Positions 26,004 through 39,029 of a DNA stretch of 64,000 nt are shown in pieces. The translations under genes and the position numbers were made by a program. The notes beneath the pieces are model-generated. The model worked only from the letters and a program-made list of their open reading frames with translations. It was not told the origin of the DNA and did not search any database. The DNA comes from Podarcis melisellensis. Lineage: Eukaryota. Each line of letters opens with the position of its first letter. Position 1 is the stretch's first letter. The stretch lies in assembly GCA_964234715.1 (NCBI GenBank), contig OZ174287.1. One strand, written 5' to 3'.

Positions 26004-26117
26004 CATGGGCGCAGTGAGGAATTTTTTTTTTGGGGGGGAGGCTTTTGTTAGTGGGGCAGAACCTCAGATTTGCATTGATTTTGATTTGATTGCCCCCCCC
26101 CCCCAGCTATGTCCATG
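26004..26117. mobile_element. Small hAT-type non-autonomous element
   Basis: Ends catgggcgcag / ctatgtccatg, internal poly-G and poly-C arms, 8-bp TSD gttataga / gttatgga. Confidence 0.7.
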
Positions 26118-27401
26118 GTTATGGATGCTGTTGGATATATGGCTTGGGGGTGAACCCAGCAGGGTGGGGGAAGACCAACTGAATTTGGCAAGATGGTTGC
26201 TTTAAGACACAGTTAAATAATTTTAGGCTCTGGGTGTTGATGGTCTTATGGAGAAGAGTTCTATAGATCATAACGTATATTACTTCAACCCACTTCAACA
26301 TGCGCAAAACAAGCTCTGTTGCATTTGGCCCCCCCACCCTTTTCAAAAGAAAAATTAAACACAGGTGTATTTTTTCCAAATGTTGAAACAGAACAACATT
26401 TCATTTCAAATCCATCTCTGATACCAACATCAGAATCCTAAAATGCTCAGGCTCAACATTTGGTGAACTTCCAAGAGGAAGAGAGTTTTAGAGCTGGGAA
26501 TCGACCACCATGAAATCGCTGTTTGTTTGAAGGCACGTGTGGATTTTAAAGCTTCAAAATCCTTCACTGGGAGTCAGTAGTGGAACTTACCTCTGAATAA
26601 ACATGCATTGCAAAGAGGGATTTTTCTTGTCTCATCTGACTGCAAGCTTTGATGGGCAGATTGAAGCTGCAGACCAGAGAGACATGCTTGGCAGCATTCA
26701 GCGAGTTGATGGTTAAGTTGAAATCTGACTCTGGATCTTTTATGTTGACCCAGGTTCATCATAGGGGGGGAGGATAATTGGTACCCTGTAGTTAACTTTA
26801 AAAAAGCAAGAGGAGGAAGAAGAGTTATACCAAGACGCCAAGCCTGCTAGGAAATCAAACCACCTCTCCTGGAACCCTTTTTCTTTGAGAGCACGTAAGA
26901 GCATGTGCAGAGTGTTTCCTGAAACCTAGAGAGGAATACTGGTCAGTCCCCCCCCCCCGCAAATAACATATATCTGACAAATGCAGGGGGTGCTACTTCA
27001 ATATAGATTTTGAAGAATCACCTATTTTAAAGATCAAGCGCTGCCTGCTACCTAATCTCAAGATTTGTGAAGATGGGCTCCGGTTGCTAACAGCTGAGCG
27101 GACATGCATTTTGCACATGCTCGGCAGTGCCGCCTCTTCCACGTTTTCCGGGGCTCCCATTCCAAAATAGCTGCTGCTTCTGTGCCTGAGCTGAGCCTGG
27201 CGCTTAACTGGAGCTCTGTAATCCTCGCTGAGATTACTGCAAGGGGAGACGAGATCGGTTGTGTGACTGAGCGATTATTATTTTATTTCATTATTAGTTC
27301 CGGATTAACTACTACAGGTTTTGTTTTGGCTGTTCGCTGCTTTCGGGAACGCCCCCTAGGGTTGGCCATAGGTTGCGGTGGGGGAGGGATTCGAGGACCT
27401 T

Positions 27402-27420
27402 TGCCCTCTAGGGGGCGCAG
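27402..27420 (+). promoter_or_regulatory. Candidate CTCF site
   Basis: tgCCCTCTAGGGGGCGCag is a close match to the CTCF core CCASYAGRKGGCRS. Confidence 0.6.
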
Positions 27421-27860
27421 GGTCTCCGCTCCCCACACATTGTTTCGCCCCATTTTGCATTTGCACGTACATTCTTTTTAAAAGTATACTGCGCTCGAAC
27501 CGAATCTGGGTGTCTTCGGGGAGGGAGGCGCTCGGGACGGGTCACCCCGAGAGGAGAGGGGGGTCTTTCTCTGCCTTTGTAGGGATCCCCCTTTGTTACC
27601 AAGGATCTGGGGGAAAATGGTTGCCGGTTTCTCCTCCCCCTCCTTCCCCTCCCCTGATTTCCTCCCCCCACCCCTTTTCCCTTCCTTGTTGGCAATCTGG
27701 ATTGGCAGAGGCGGAGCTGGGGGGAGGGGATCTGGGGGGAGGGGTCTCTCCCTGGGGGTGGGGGGAGGTGGTGTTTGCAGTCAGAGAGTCAAAGGCAAGT
27801 GAAGGTGGAAAGACAGACGGAGCGACCGAGCGCAGCCGCCGCGGACGAGAGGGAGGCAAG

Positions 27861-27889
27861 CAGACAGACAGACAGACAGACAGACAGAC
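27861..27889. repeat. (CAGA)n microsatellite in the putative 5' UTR
   Basis: cagacagacagacagacagacagacagac. Confidence 0.92.
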
Positions 27890-30800
27890 GCGCGGACAGT
27901 GGGTACCAGAAAAACAGGGGGTGACATTTTGTGGGTGGGAGGGGCTGCCAGTCTGCAAAGCGCGGCTGTCCTTTTTTCCTATCCCCTGCTCCTTCTTCTT
28001 CTTCGCCTCTGACCTCCCCCGATCCCTTGCGAGCACCCCGAAAGGGAGGGAGGAGAAATCTGTTGCCAGATGTTGCCTAGTTTTATAGGAGATTAAATGC
28101 CCCTGCATGCAGAATCTCCCGCTTCCCTCCCCCCGCGCACACCCCTAAATCGGGTGCCTAACCTCCCTAGAGCTAACTATACAAAAGCCGCCTCCCGCCC
28201 CCCGCCTCTTAAAAAAAACACACAACCAAAACAAGAAGAATCCTCTGTTGCTTTTCGTTGCTATTGCTGTGAGTATTTTCGGGGAAATGTCTTGTGTGTG
28301 TAGGAGCCCCCTCCCTTCTCATCCTCCTCCTCCTCGCCCGCGCCATCAGCTGCTTTGATTTGCTTTCCTGCCCGCTTCCTCGATTCGCTTTGCGATTGAC
28401 ACGATCAACAGACTCAAATGTCAAATGGAAAAACACTCCGGATGGGAGGCACCCCTCCCTCCCCCCCCCCAGATTGCTTCGAAGGGCCAGATTGCTTATG
28501 CGTATTGGGGAGGGGGGTAAAGAGAGAAGGAGAGGCGGGTTGCCCCCCCCCCCGGTCTCCATGTGAGAGGGGGGTCTGTCAGGATGGAATCGGGAAAGAC
28601 GGAGGGGGTGGCTGAGGGATTTTTGCCTTCTGCTGGAGGGAGAAGGAAAGGGGGGGTCGCTGGGAGGATTAAGTGGGTTGCAACCAGAGGAGGATTTGCA
28701 AGCTGCAGGGTCCCTGAGCTCTGCTGGAAGCGAGGAGAGGTGAAACTGGCGTCTGTATGTGCGTGTCCCAGCTTGGTCCTATTTCTGGGAGTGAGCAATA
28801 AGCCCCAGTGGGTAGAAGGTCAAGCTTCCAGGTGAGGGGGCCAGGATGCTAGTGGGTCGCAAGAGGGATGGATCTTGGGAGGCAGGAGGCAGAGTGCAAG
28901 GAGCTCTGGGGCTCTCTCTGCAAGGCTTGGCAGGTTGGAGAGCAGTCGGTGGTGGAGTCAGCACTCCTGGGTTCTCTGGGAGGTGTGTCATCAGGTGAGG
29001 GCAGGTGGATGTTGCTGCCTTGGGCTCTCTGGGATCCAGGTGTTAAGGACCATAAAACCCAGGGTTGTCTGGGAGAGGAGGCAGTGGGACGAGCATCTGG
29101 ATTCTGCCCTGACTGTGCAGAAGAAGACTTCCAGAGGCATACCGTGCTGTCAAATCAGTGTGCTGGGAGTTCAGCCGAGGCTCCTGGCTTGTTGGAGAGA
29201 AGAGTCAGAGGGTTTGAAGTCCAAGGCTGGGGTGCCTGGATTTTTTATTCCTGGCTCTGGGAACAGAGCCGGGTCTCACGGGGTTAGGGCTCAAAGAGAT
29301 AGGAAGCCGGGTGACTGGGTTTGGGCTCCCCCCTTTTTTGCTGCATGTTCCCAGCCCCCAAGCCTGGTGGGGCTTCACGTGGCCTCAGCTGCAGGTGTGT
29401 GCCTGTGTTTCCAGCTCCTCTGGTGTGAGTGCCAAGGCCGCCTGGCACGTAGGCCTTCCCTGTGTTGGCACCTGTGGGCACCTGGAAGCTCTGTGGCAGC
29501 CTACATTACCTGGAGCTAACTTTCAGCTTTCCACAGTCTTCAGCAGAGCAGTAGCAGCAGCAGCACAGTCTCCCGCCCTCTTGCCATGTGCTTGGGTTCT
29601 ACTACTGAAGACACCAGAGATCTTTCCCACATGTAGCACCTCCTCACACATAACCTCTTGACTGTACTAGATGTGAGCACATCTAGGAACCCCCATTGCC
29701 CACTTTCCAGACAGAAGGTCTGGGAGTAATTGGATTTATTTGGAGAAAGCAGTGAAGGGAAAACAAACCAGTTTTAGTCGAAACGTCTCACGTGCATGGA
29801 CATTAAGACTCTCCACACACAAACACACATATCCTGGTATACACAAGTAGCTATTGTTGTTGTTGTTTTAAAATTGGAGCACCTGTTTGTTGGGGTCTGG
29901 GGATGATATGTGCACAGACTAGGCCTCTGAGCCACTAAACGAAGTACACAACCCACAATGGGCTCAGTAAACCTAGTTTTGCTGCTGTCTTGGGACCTCC
30001 AAAACGGGGAGGGGGTTGACAAGCACATGAGAAGGCTAAGTATACCTCCACCCCTTTGTAGCACTTCCTTTCTAAAATAGGTGTTGCCAGGGCTCAGATC
30101 TGCCTTGGGAGAAGTGGGGTAGGAAAATCACTGCGCGTGCTCAGAGGCACTCTTTACGTTTCAGAAAGGCTGGTTGTGAAAGCAGGGGTGGGGAGGGAGG
30201 TTCCCGGGCTTATTCAGCCCTGGATCAAACCTGGCTGTGTGAGTTGAGAGAGAGAGAAAGAGAAAAGGGGGAGAGAGGGGATACCCCCACCTAGCTAAGC
30301 AGCCTTTTAACCACAGCTTCTGAGGTTCTGTGCAGTATTGGCTTGGTGAATGGAAACCTTCCTGGCAGGGTTGTGTCTTTAACAGCTGTGCAGCAGGCAT
30401 ACATTCAACAGGTGGGGCTTTCCTTCCAGCAGAGCAGCTCTGTGCCAGGGAAACTGCACCTGTCCGATTTTTTGGCTTACCATTCAGCACCTGAAAACAC
30501 TGGAGCCCTACCAAGGTGAAGAAGAATAGCAACAACAAAAAAACAGCGACTGTAGAAAGGACTATACAGCAAGTGAGACAAAATCTGTGAATGCAGCATA
30601 CATCTAAAGCACCCACCCAAGAATCCTGGGAATGATAGTTCACCCCTTGCAGGGCTACAGTTCCCAGCACCCTTAACAAACTACAATTCCCAGGATCCTT
30701 GGGGGAAGGAGGATATGTTATTTAAATGTATGGCTTGTCAGGAGTAGAATACCTAGCCCCAAAAGTACTTTATTGCATTCTGCACCAGCCGATCAGCCGC

Positions 30801-31990
30801 CGTTCTCTCTGCAAACCTCATTCTCCCTTTTGTACCTTCCTAGCCAGGGACCGGGGAGATCCTGGCTTCCCCCACTTTGGCCTGGCCTTCTCTGCCCGTT
30901 GCCCTGGGAAGGTCTCTGTGTGCAGCTGCTGCGTCAGTGATTGGCTGGAAGAATTCTCTTCTGGATGCCTGTTCCTTCCAGGCCCCGTTAAGGGCCCCAG
31001 AGTGACAAGGAGCACCCCGGGGGAACTGGATCGCTGCCCGTGCCAGGGTGATCAAAACAGCTATTTATGGCCCAGGAGGGGGATCCTTGGATGGAGGCCA
31101 GAGTGGAAACCAGCCACAGCACCTGGGAGGGAGAAGAAGAGAGGGAAAGAGAGGAGGAGAAAAGGGGGGACCTCCTGCTTTTATGGGGCTCCTGGCAGCC
31201 CCTCTGCTTGTGCCAGCAATGGAGTGGCACCTGGTGGTGGGAAGGAGGGAGGTAAGGATGTTTCACAGCTCAGCAAGGGGAAAGTAGCCTAGTTTGAAAG
31301 AGCAAAAGAGGGCCGTGGAAGAGGATGCCTAGCCATCCTGCTCCCTCGTTGCTCCTCTCTTTTTTCTGTTCATAAAAATTTAACTCCAGTGCAAAATAAA
31401 CAAAACAAACAAACCCTCAGTAGGTAAGGCTTGCTTGAAGGTATCTACCAGGGAGAAGAGAGGAGATAGATGTTGCCCCAGTTTGGATAAAAACCCTTAG
31501 TTTGCGTCACATGTTCCTGTGTCTTTGGTTAGCTGCCAGATAATGGCTCCTTCCATGGTTCTAGGGGGTCTATGTGTTTATGGTGGTTGTTTGGTGTGCT
31601 CTTGGACACACTCTCTCTCTGTATGTGTGTGAGAGGGCATGCACACACAGACACCCGCACACGTACTTTCCCCTTCTCCAGAGTGCCCTGGGGCAGGAGG
31701 GAGTACGGTTCCATTTTTCAGATGCATCGAAATATGTGAGTGTTGGCAGACTATATGCAGACACACCCCTTACAAGCACAGTTCATTACTGCATGTTCCA
31801 GAATGGTCCAAAGAGCTTCACAGTTCCTGCCTTTCTTCTTCTTCTTCTTTGTAATCCTCCCAACAGCCCCAGGAGCTACTCGTCAAAGGGATGCTTGCAC
31901 CATCAAGGGATGACTTGCATGTTTGAATGAGCTGCCGTGGTTCTAACTCCCCTCAGATAGAACTTCCTTTAGGGGTTGTCCTCCACAGTA

Positions 31991-32215
31991 CAGTGGTACC
32001 TCTGGTTACAAACTGAATTCGTTCTGGAGGTCCATTCTAAACCCGAAACCATTCTTAACTTGAGGCACACTTTCACTAACGGGGCCTTCTGATGCCGCCG
32101 TGCTGCCGGTGCACGATTTCCGTTCTCATCCTGGGGCAAGGTTCTCAACCCAAGGTACTACTTCCGGGTTAGCGGAGTTTGTAACCCGCAGTGTTTGTAA
32201 CCCAAGGTACCACTG
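31991..32215 (+). mobile_element. Tc1/mariner-pogo MITE
   Basis: cagtggtacct...aggtaccactg, TA flanks. Confidence 0.92.
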
Positions 32216-33693
32216 TAGTGTGTATGATCACATGACAGTCACCACATGAACAGTAATAAAGGCTGCAGTCCTCAACATGTACCATGATGGCCAATGTTGT
32301 TGGACTTCCAGCTCCTTTCAGTCCCAGCTGCCATGTCCATCAGGGATGATGGGAGCTGTAGTCTACCTTGGCTGTCCCTGTATTACTGAACTAGCCCCAT
32401 AGTGGGACTAAAATGCATTATGTCGTGTTGCAGGCACAGAGAGAAATTCTGATACACCTGCATGTGTGAATCAGCCCTGGGAGAGAGATTTGCCCAAGAC
32501 CACCCAGTGAACTTGGTAGTAGCTCTGGGCTATTTCCCATACAGCATTTTTTTCCTAGGCACGGCCAGGATGATTTAAATTATAAAGAAAAGAAGAAGAC
32601 AGGCTTTTAGATCATTGACTTAAATAAATCAACTTCTACATTTTGAAATTCACATATTTCCTGAACAGGCATGAGCAAGCTGGCGAATTGCTGTAGCACA
32701 ATTCAAACATTGGCTTGCATCCAGGCTCAAGTCAGTTGCACTCTGGGCACTTCCAGGCTGTTGCTATTCTCAAGTGGAATTCAATCGCGTACTGGCAAAT
32801 TTGGGTAGTGCAATTAGAGTTGATTGGGAGAGCTTGCGCAACAAACACACTTCCTCCCCCAATGGTTGGACTTTCTGCAATTTTTAATAAAATGCACTGG
32901 GAAGTGTGGGATAAAGCTTTCTCTGCAAACAAATTAGCATGTACGAATGCTTATTAAATGGCCCACGTTGTCTGATTTTCCTGCAAATGAATCAGGAGGA
33001 ATGCTCAAATAGGTTGCCATTTGGCACCCTTAATTCCCACTGAAATCAGTGAGGCTTAATTTAAGTCACAACTAACTTGTCCCATTGATTTCAGTGACAA
33101 CTAACTCTGCAATCATATATGCATATTCCCAGAAGTAAGCCCTGCCGAAGTCAGTGAGACTTTCTCCCAAGTAAATGTGCATAAGGCTGCAGCCTGACTT
33201 CAGTCGACTTAGTCTGGATCTAACCTGCTGGTTTGAAACTAAATGAAGTCTTAATATCAGCTAGGAACATGATCCAAAATGTGTGGCCGTGGTATTCACA
33301 TGCACAGCACAACTACATCTGTTAGAAGATAGATTTCTTTTGGGCTCTCTCTGTGCTATGTGAGAATACTAAGCAAGATCACTTACTTGGAAGTTAAGGT
33401 TGCAGTCATGTGCATATTTATTTGGAGCTAAGTCCTGTTAAACAAAGTGGGATATACTTCCAGTAAACAAGCATAGGACTGGGCTGTAAATGTCCAGAGC
33501 TTTCTGTAAACATAGGTTAGTCATTGCTGGGCAAAACACTGTTTGCCCATCAGATGGAAAATAAATCTCCACGTAGTTTGTTTAGTAGGTTCAAAAACAA
33601 GTGTCTTACTAGTCAACTATTATATGCAGTCACTACCTATTCCCTTCCTTGACTCCTCTGGCATGCACAGAGGGCTTTGGGAGAGGCAGGGTC

Positions 33694-33747
33694 ACAGAAT
33701 CATAGAATTGTAGAGTTGGAAGGGACCCCAAGGCTCATCTAGTCCAA
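33694..33747 (-). mobile_element. CR1 LINE extreme 3' end
   Basis: cacagaatcatagaattgtagagttggaagggacc...catctagtccaa, the reverse complement of a CR1 tail. Confidence 0.8.
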
Positions 33748-34744
33748 TGCAGGATCATCTGTTGTCTGTGCCTGGCACGGAGAGGACAGGAAACAGCTCA
33801 AGTCTCATGCTGATTGGAAGGTACTCCTGCTGTTTCTTACCTGCTCAAAAACTGCACCGGCAATTGAACCTCTGGCAGGTGCTGAATGTCCTGTTTGCTA
33901 GAGGACGGAGGGCGCGCGTCCCGGGTGAGCTGGCAAGTGGATTTGTGGAGGCCGATGCACAAATATTCATAATTTGAGAACTGGGACGCACTGAGGAGCT
34001 TCGATAGCGCACACTATAAAAGAGCCCAAGATCACCAATGTGGATGATCCTAGTGGCATGTAGGAGAGCACATCTGTATCCTAGTGTCTACAGGCACCAG
34101 GTGCATTAGGAAGCCCTTGGCAATAAAGAGGATACTCAAAACTTATGCATCGTTATGATGCTTAACCTCAGCAGTCAAGCGCCCTCTGCCCACCAGAGCT
34201 TTTTTTAAACAGACCAGACTTTAATTTGTACAGTAATCTGTTTGATAGATGTCTGTGATTCAGTTTTAAGAGTTTGGCAGTATGAACTGGAACCTGTCCC
34301 ATTCAGGTGTTACTTTAGATGGGTTGCTTGGGGGTTGGGGGAGACCTATGATGTATTTTGAAATGTTTTGTTAAAAAGTCAATTTTAAAAACAATCACAC
34401 TGATTTTTATTTATCCTGAAGGGGGGTAGCTTTCTGCATCAACTGAACAGGGCATAGTCTAGCCACTGAACATACCAGTCCAGAGAAGGGGGAAGGTAGG
34501 AATTGGGAAAAGGATGACATGGGCTTGAGGAAACCTCAGGATTTAGGGTGCGGATATGCATGGGGCTGGAGAGCTAATATTTCAGCTAGGCTTTTAAGTT
34601 TTTTACTTCTGGCCCCTCCAGGTAGTTACTAAAAAAGAAAATAAATTGTGAAATATAAGTATAGATTTCTTTTTTGTATGATTGGAAAGATCACAGTTGT
34701 GCTGTGTATAGAGATTTGGTTCCCTCGGTGCAGAATTTGGATTG

Positions 34745-34925
34745 GGGAGGATAGTACCATGGCGCATGCACCTTCAGTGTATGCATGCTTGTAACATCGG
34801 CTTTGCATGCAGAAGGTCACAGGTTCAATCCCTGCCATCTCCGTGTAGGGCTTTCCCAACACCCTGGGGAGCCTCTGCCAGTCAGTGCAGGTAATACTGA
34901 GCTGGGTGCACCAATGGTTTGATGC
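34745..34925 (+). mobile_element. tRNA-derived SINE (Squam3-like)
   Basis: ctttgcatgcagaaggtcacaggttcaatccctg (B box)...tgccagtcagtg...tactgagct; ends approximate. Confidence 0.65.
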
Positions 34926-36697
34926 GGTGTCTCTGCTGGTGTACCACTCTGCTCCACATGTCATAGCGGCTCTCGTTAACTACTGTAGCGCTTGATCATG
35001 TATTGCACTCCCAGCAGGAATGAGCAGGGCTGGTGCTGTGCCAGCTGCAGGGCTTAGCCAAGGGGTTCCGCTGCCACAGGAAGCAACAGCATGGCACAGT
35101 TCAAGAAGTGCCTCCCCACAATCTCTTGCTCCTTTGCCAAGAATGATAGGGTGCAATGGCGTTCGTCGGAATTGCATCCTGACACCCATTGGGATATTGC
35201 AAAAGATTCTGGGGTACACGTCTCAGAGCACTATTTTTCAATTGGAACCCTTAAGCTGAGCGATACCACTTGGGTCGTTTTTGATGTCAGGCTGACCCTG
35301 GGCCCCTGCCAAGGAATGGTCCTTTATATAAAGTTACACTCCATTACATAACCAGAGGGTTTGGATCTAGGACAGCTGGGTTCACTTCTTCAGCTCTGTC
35401 CAGGACCCCCTGTGTACCCTTAGACAAGTCTCTCTCCCTCAGTTCCCCCAACCTGCAAAATGGGAGGTTTATTGCATTAGGCATAGGGCCTTTGGTCAAA
35501 ATACAGTCACATAAATTCCACAGATTAAACAACAGCACGGTGCCGCAAAATATCACACATACCCGCAGACTTTTAAAAGATATTATTTCAACCACAACAA
35601 CAAAACACAGAACACCATTTTAGGTATGATATTTTTACAACTTGTGTTATGTCCTCCGTTCTTACACTTTGCCTTTGCCGCTGCCTCTGTGATAGTTAAA
35701 CCAAAATAATAGCATCCTTATAGGCTTCAGTTATTTTCACAAGTAATCAAGATTCAGAGTGTTTGAGATTTTAAAATTTATTTTGCATCACCTGCATCAG
35801 TAATTTTAAAGTGACACCTACCTCATATGTTCTCTGTTCCGCTTTCAATCCCACACTCACAACTTGGCACACATTTGTTTTCACTTATTTCTTATTTAAA
35901 TTTGTATGCTGCCTTTCTGAGGAATGGTCTCAAAAGTGTCCAGCAGAAATAATACACATGCAATCAGTTGATATACAATAAAATCAATACAACCTGCCGG
36001 AGATCCACAGTATGGGCAGTTTTATGTGTGGTGTGCAAAAGCACTCTTTGATGGACAATGAGGCTCATCTCTTTGTTAAAGTAAGGCCAAGACAGATACA
36101 TTTCTTGACCTCTTCACTTAATGGCCAGCAGATAAATGTGTCACTGTAAAGTGATGCCACATTGGAAAGCATCGCAATTGAGCTCACCCTGGATAATATT
36201 CTAGTTCCATTGGCTAGCATTTGGTCCAGGATGACTGATTCACATCTGCCATCCCTGCATGATAGAATAGCCATCAGATGAGGACTATTCCTGTGTGAGC
36301 CATCACTAAGATACAGCAGAAAGCCAGCTTTGAGGAAAACCATGAGCAGCGGTGTACTTTGGTAATACAGCGCCCTGAGCAAGGACAAAATCTGGCACAC
36401 ACACAGACCCTAAATATTTATTATTTTCACAATAATTCCTTTTGGTACTATTGTTTTTTCAATCTTCTCAGTAGGTATCCATATAAATATAGGTAGTTAT
36501 TATCATCATTTTGTGCCCCTTTGGCTCTGCATTCTGTGCAGGGGAACTGCTTGTACCGCCCAAAATCTGGCTCTGCCATGACGCAGAGTCCTGACAGGAG
36601 CCCCATCCTCAACCAGTGACTTATCGGATGCATGTGGCTGTGCCCCAGCTAATACACTGCTTGATGCCTGTGTCTCTTATATTTTGCTTCAGGAGCC

Positions 36698-36775
36698 ATG
36701 ACGGAGCTTCAGGAAGTGCAGATAACTGAGGAGAAGCCGCTTCTGCGAGCTCCAGGAGCACCTGATCCGGGCAAG
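36698..36775 (+). CDS. NDRG2: NDRG2 coding exon 1 (MTELQEVQITEEKPLLRAPGAPDPGK)
   Basis: Acceptor ttcag ends at 36692; gccATG Kozak context; donor gtcagc at 36776; matches the NDRG2 N-terminus MAELQEVQITEEKPLL. Confidence 0.96.
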
Positions 36776-38984
36776 GTCAGCAAAAGGACAGGATTCCCCT
36801 GCCTCTCCCTTTCCCTGCCATCCCTCTTTCTCCTTCTCACCAGTGTACCCAAAGCTGTCCAGTCTTGCCTGTTTCTCTCCTTGCTCTTTTTCGTCTGAAG
36901 CAGATTGGCAAAGCAGACGCATAAAAATTCTCCCTTACGCTGAGCTCAGTAGTTAGTCCATCTGGCCCAATGGCGGAAGGGCCCAGTACTTCAGGCAGAA
37001 GTTTTGTTTGTTTTGTTTTCGTTTCCCCCCCCTCACACTGTTGCTATATCCTTGTAGCTGGAGAGGCTGGCAAATGAACTTGGGCTCTTTCATGTGCAAA
37101 ATATGTGCTCTACCCATTGGAGGCTGGTCCCTTATCGCAAATGCCCCACCAACCTTACCTGCCTGCCTTCTTCCTTACATCCAGTCCAGGGGGCAGCTCT
37201 GGGTGTCAGTTTCTTCCCCCCTCAATCTCAAGTGTTGCCCTTGCAGAATGCAACAGGGAGCAGGAGGAGGACAAAACCAGAATTATGGTAGTTGGCTGTG
37301 CCTGGCTTTGGCTCCACCTACTGGTGGCCTCCCTGCCTTCCACCCTACCAATCCCAATGGGCAGCCACCGCCACTGACTTTACCACCAATCCATGGCCCC
37401 TCCAGATACCTAAAAATTGCAACCTCTGCCAATCCACCAATTCTGCTGGCCACATCCATAGAGGTGACAGAGCTCTACTGAGAGACGAAGCATGTCTCTT
37501 TCAAAGCACTGCAGGACAGGGATGCAACAGCTGGACCATCTCTAATGAGGGGGGGGGGATTCAGAAACTCATGCTCTACCACTGCGCTGCAGCCCTTCAC
37601 TGGGAGTTGCTATTTGAGAGCTTTATGAATAGTGGTATAAACCTTTATCGTCCCTTGGTCTATGCAGAGGACTTGTTTTGCCTTCCATTGATGATGAAGT
37701 GAGACATTTATATAAACTGGTTGACCGGAGAATCACATACCAGGTCCAGGGCATTATCAGGATTGCCAAATCTGGCCTGTTCTTGGATACCCAGTAGAGC
37801 CTTGAGCTTCCAGATGTAAACGCTGAAATATGAATGAATGCAGTAAATAAAACAGCAAAAAACACTTGCAGAAATGTTGCACTTACAATCCTTTGTGGTC
37901 ATGCTGCTGGGGGAGATTTAGGTCCAGACTTGTCCAGCCTGTTGTTGTGTTTCTGGAGCTGCACTGCAAATCCACAGACATTATGAACTGTACCCAGTGT
38001 TAGTCATACTCAGAGTAGACCCATTAAAATGGCTAACGTAGGTACATTAATTTCAGTGGGTCTCCTTTTGAGTAAAAGTTAGGTGACTGGAGCCCCTAGA
38101 CTACTTATTTTAATTTTCGGAGGCAACAGAGTTTGACCTGACAGAAGAGATGATGTGGTATCTGTTTTAATAAACCACAGACTGTATTTGGATATAAATC
38201 AAACCATTGATTTATACGATCAACAGGTTGCTTTGTATCTAAATGCCTTGGCGCTATCTGCTTTGTTGTACTCAATACTTAGGGGTGCTGTCAACAAAGG
38301 ATCTCCCCGCCCCCCAAGCTTGTGTTCCATGCGAAAGCAGCTCAGCCCTTGCAAGGGACAGTGCAGTCAAGTTAATTCCTTTTTACTCAGGTGCTAATCA
38401 CTTCCCGGCAACTGATCTCAAAACTGTGAAATCGCCTGGGTTAAGTAAGGTGTGGGGGTGTGCAAATGTTCCCAGGTAGTCATATTCTTAATCATAGAAG
38501 TCCTAGGATATGTGGCAGGGAAAACATCTGGCACAGGTGTGCTTTTAGCCCAGTTGTCCTTACCATTGGACACAGGTTGCCGGGACTGCTCTGGTGAACT
38601 ATACAGTCTAAATGGCTAGTTTCTTTGGGTATGGGTAGGGAGCATGGGTAGGGAGCAGGCCTTTGCCTTCCCCCAAAGACACAGTATGACCTCAGCTAAG
38701 CAATGCATCATTTAACAGAAAGCAGGTTGAACCTTTAGCGTTACAGCTCTAGAGTGCAGTTAGCTTTCTGGGGAGTCCAGTTTTGCTCAATGTCTGCTCA
38801 TTGCCCGTGCTGGTAAAAAGGGCCCCTATCTATAGCAGGAAGTCTCTGCACCCCCTTGATTTCCGCTCCCCTTCCCTATTCCCATAACTCTGATTCTTTT
38901 TCCTCACTTACTTCCCACCCTGCATTCTCCGTCTGTCTGTCTGTCTGCCCCCCTCCTTTCTCTTTCTCTCTCTCTGTGTTCTAG

Positions 38985-39029
38985 GATGCTGAACTGATAG
39001 CAGCCAAACTTCTGCAGGAACAAGGCCAG
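38985..39029 (+). CDS. NDRG2: NDRG2 45-nt cassette-type exon (DAELIAAKLLQEQGQ)
   Basis: Long pyrimidine tract plus ctag; gtaatc donor; phase 0/0; homologous to the human alternative segment EAELAARILLDQGQ. Confidence 0.92.

Larger units (their letters stand above)
27080..28560 (+). promoter_or_regulatory. NDRG2: CpG-rich promoter / non-coding first-exon region of NDRG2
   Basis: The main CpG-dense non-repeat stretch upstream of the first coding exon; GC boxes, G and C tracts, candidate donor ct|gtgagt at 28269. The exon at 36693 has an acceptor only 5 nt before the ATG, so an upstream non-coding exon is required. TSS not determinable. Confidence 0.7.

Noticed and set aside
27104-29661. Many 100-236 aa ORFs around the NDRG2 promoter
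   Set aside because: Expected in GC-rich sequence; low-complexity translations with no homology or splice support.
33890-34030. Small CpG cluster with a gtgagc donor-like site and TATAAAA
   Set aside because: The donor-like site lies upstream of the TATA, and such short motifs are expected by chance; not enough to call a promoter.
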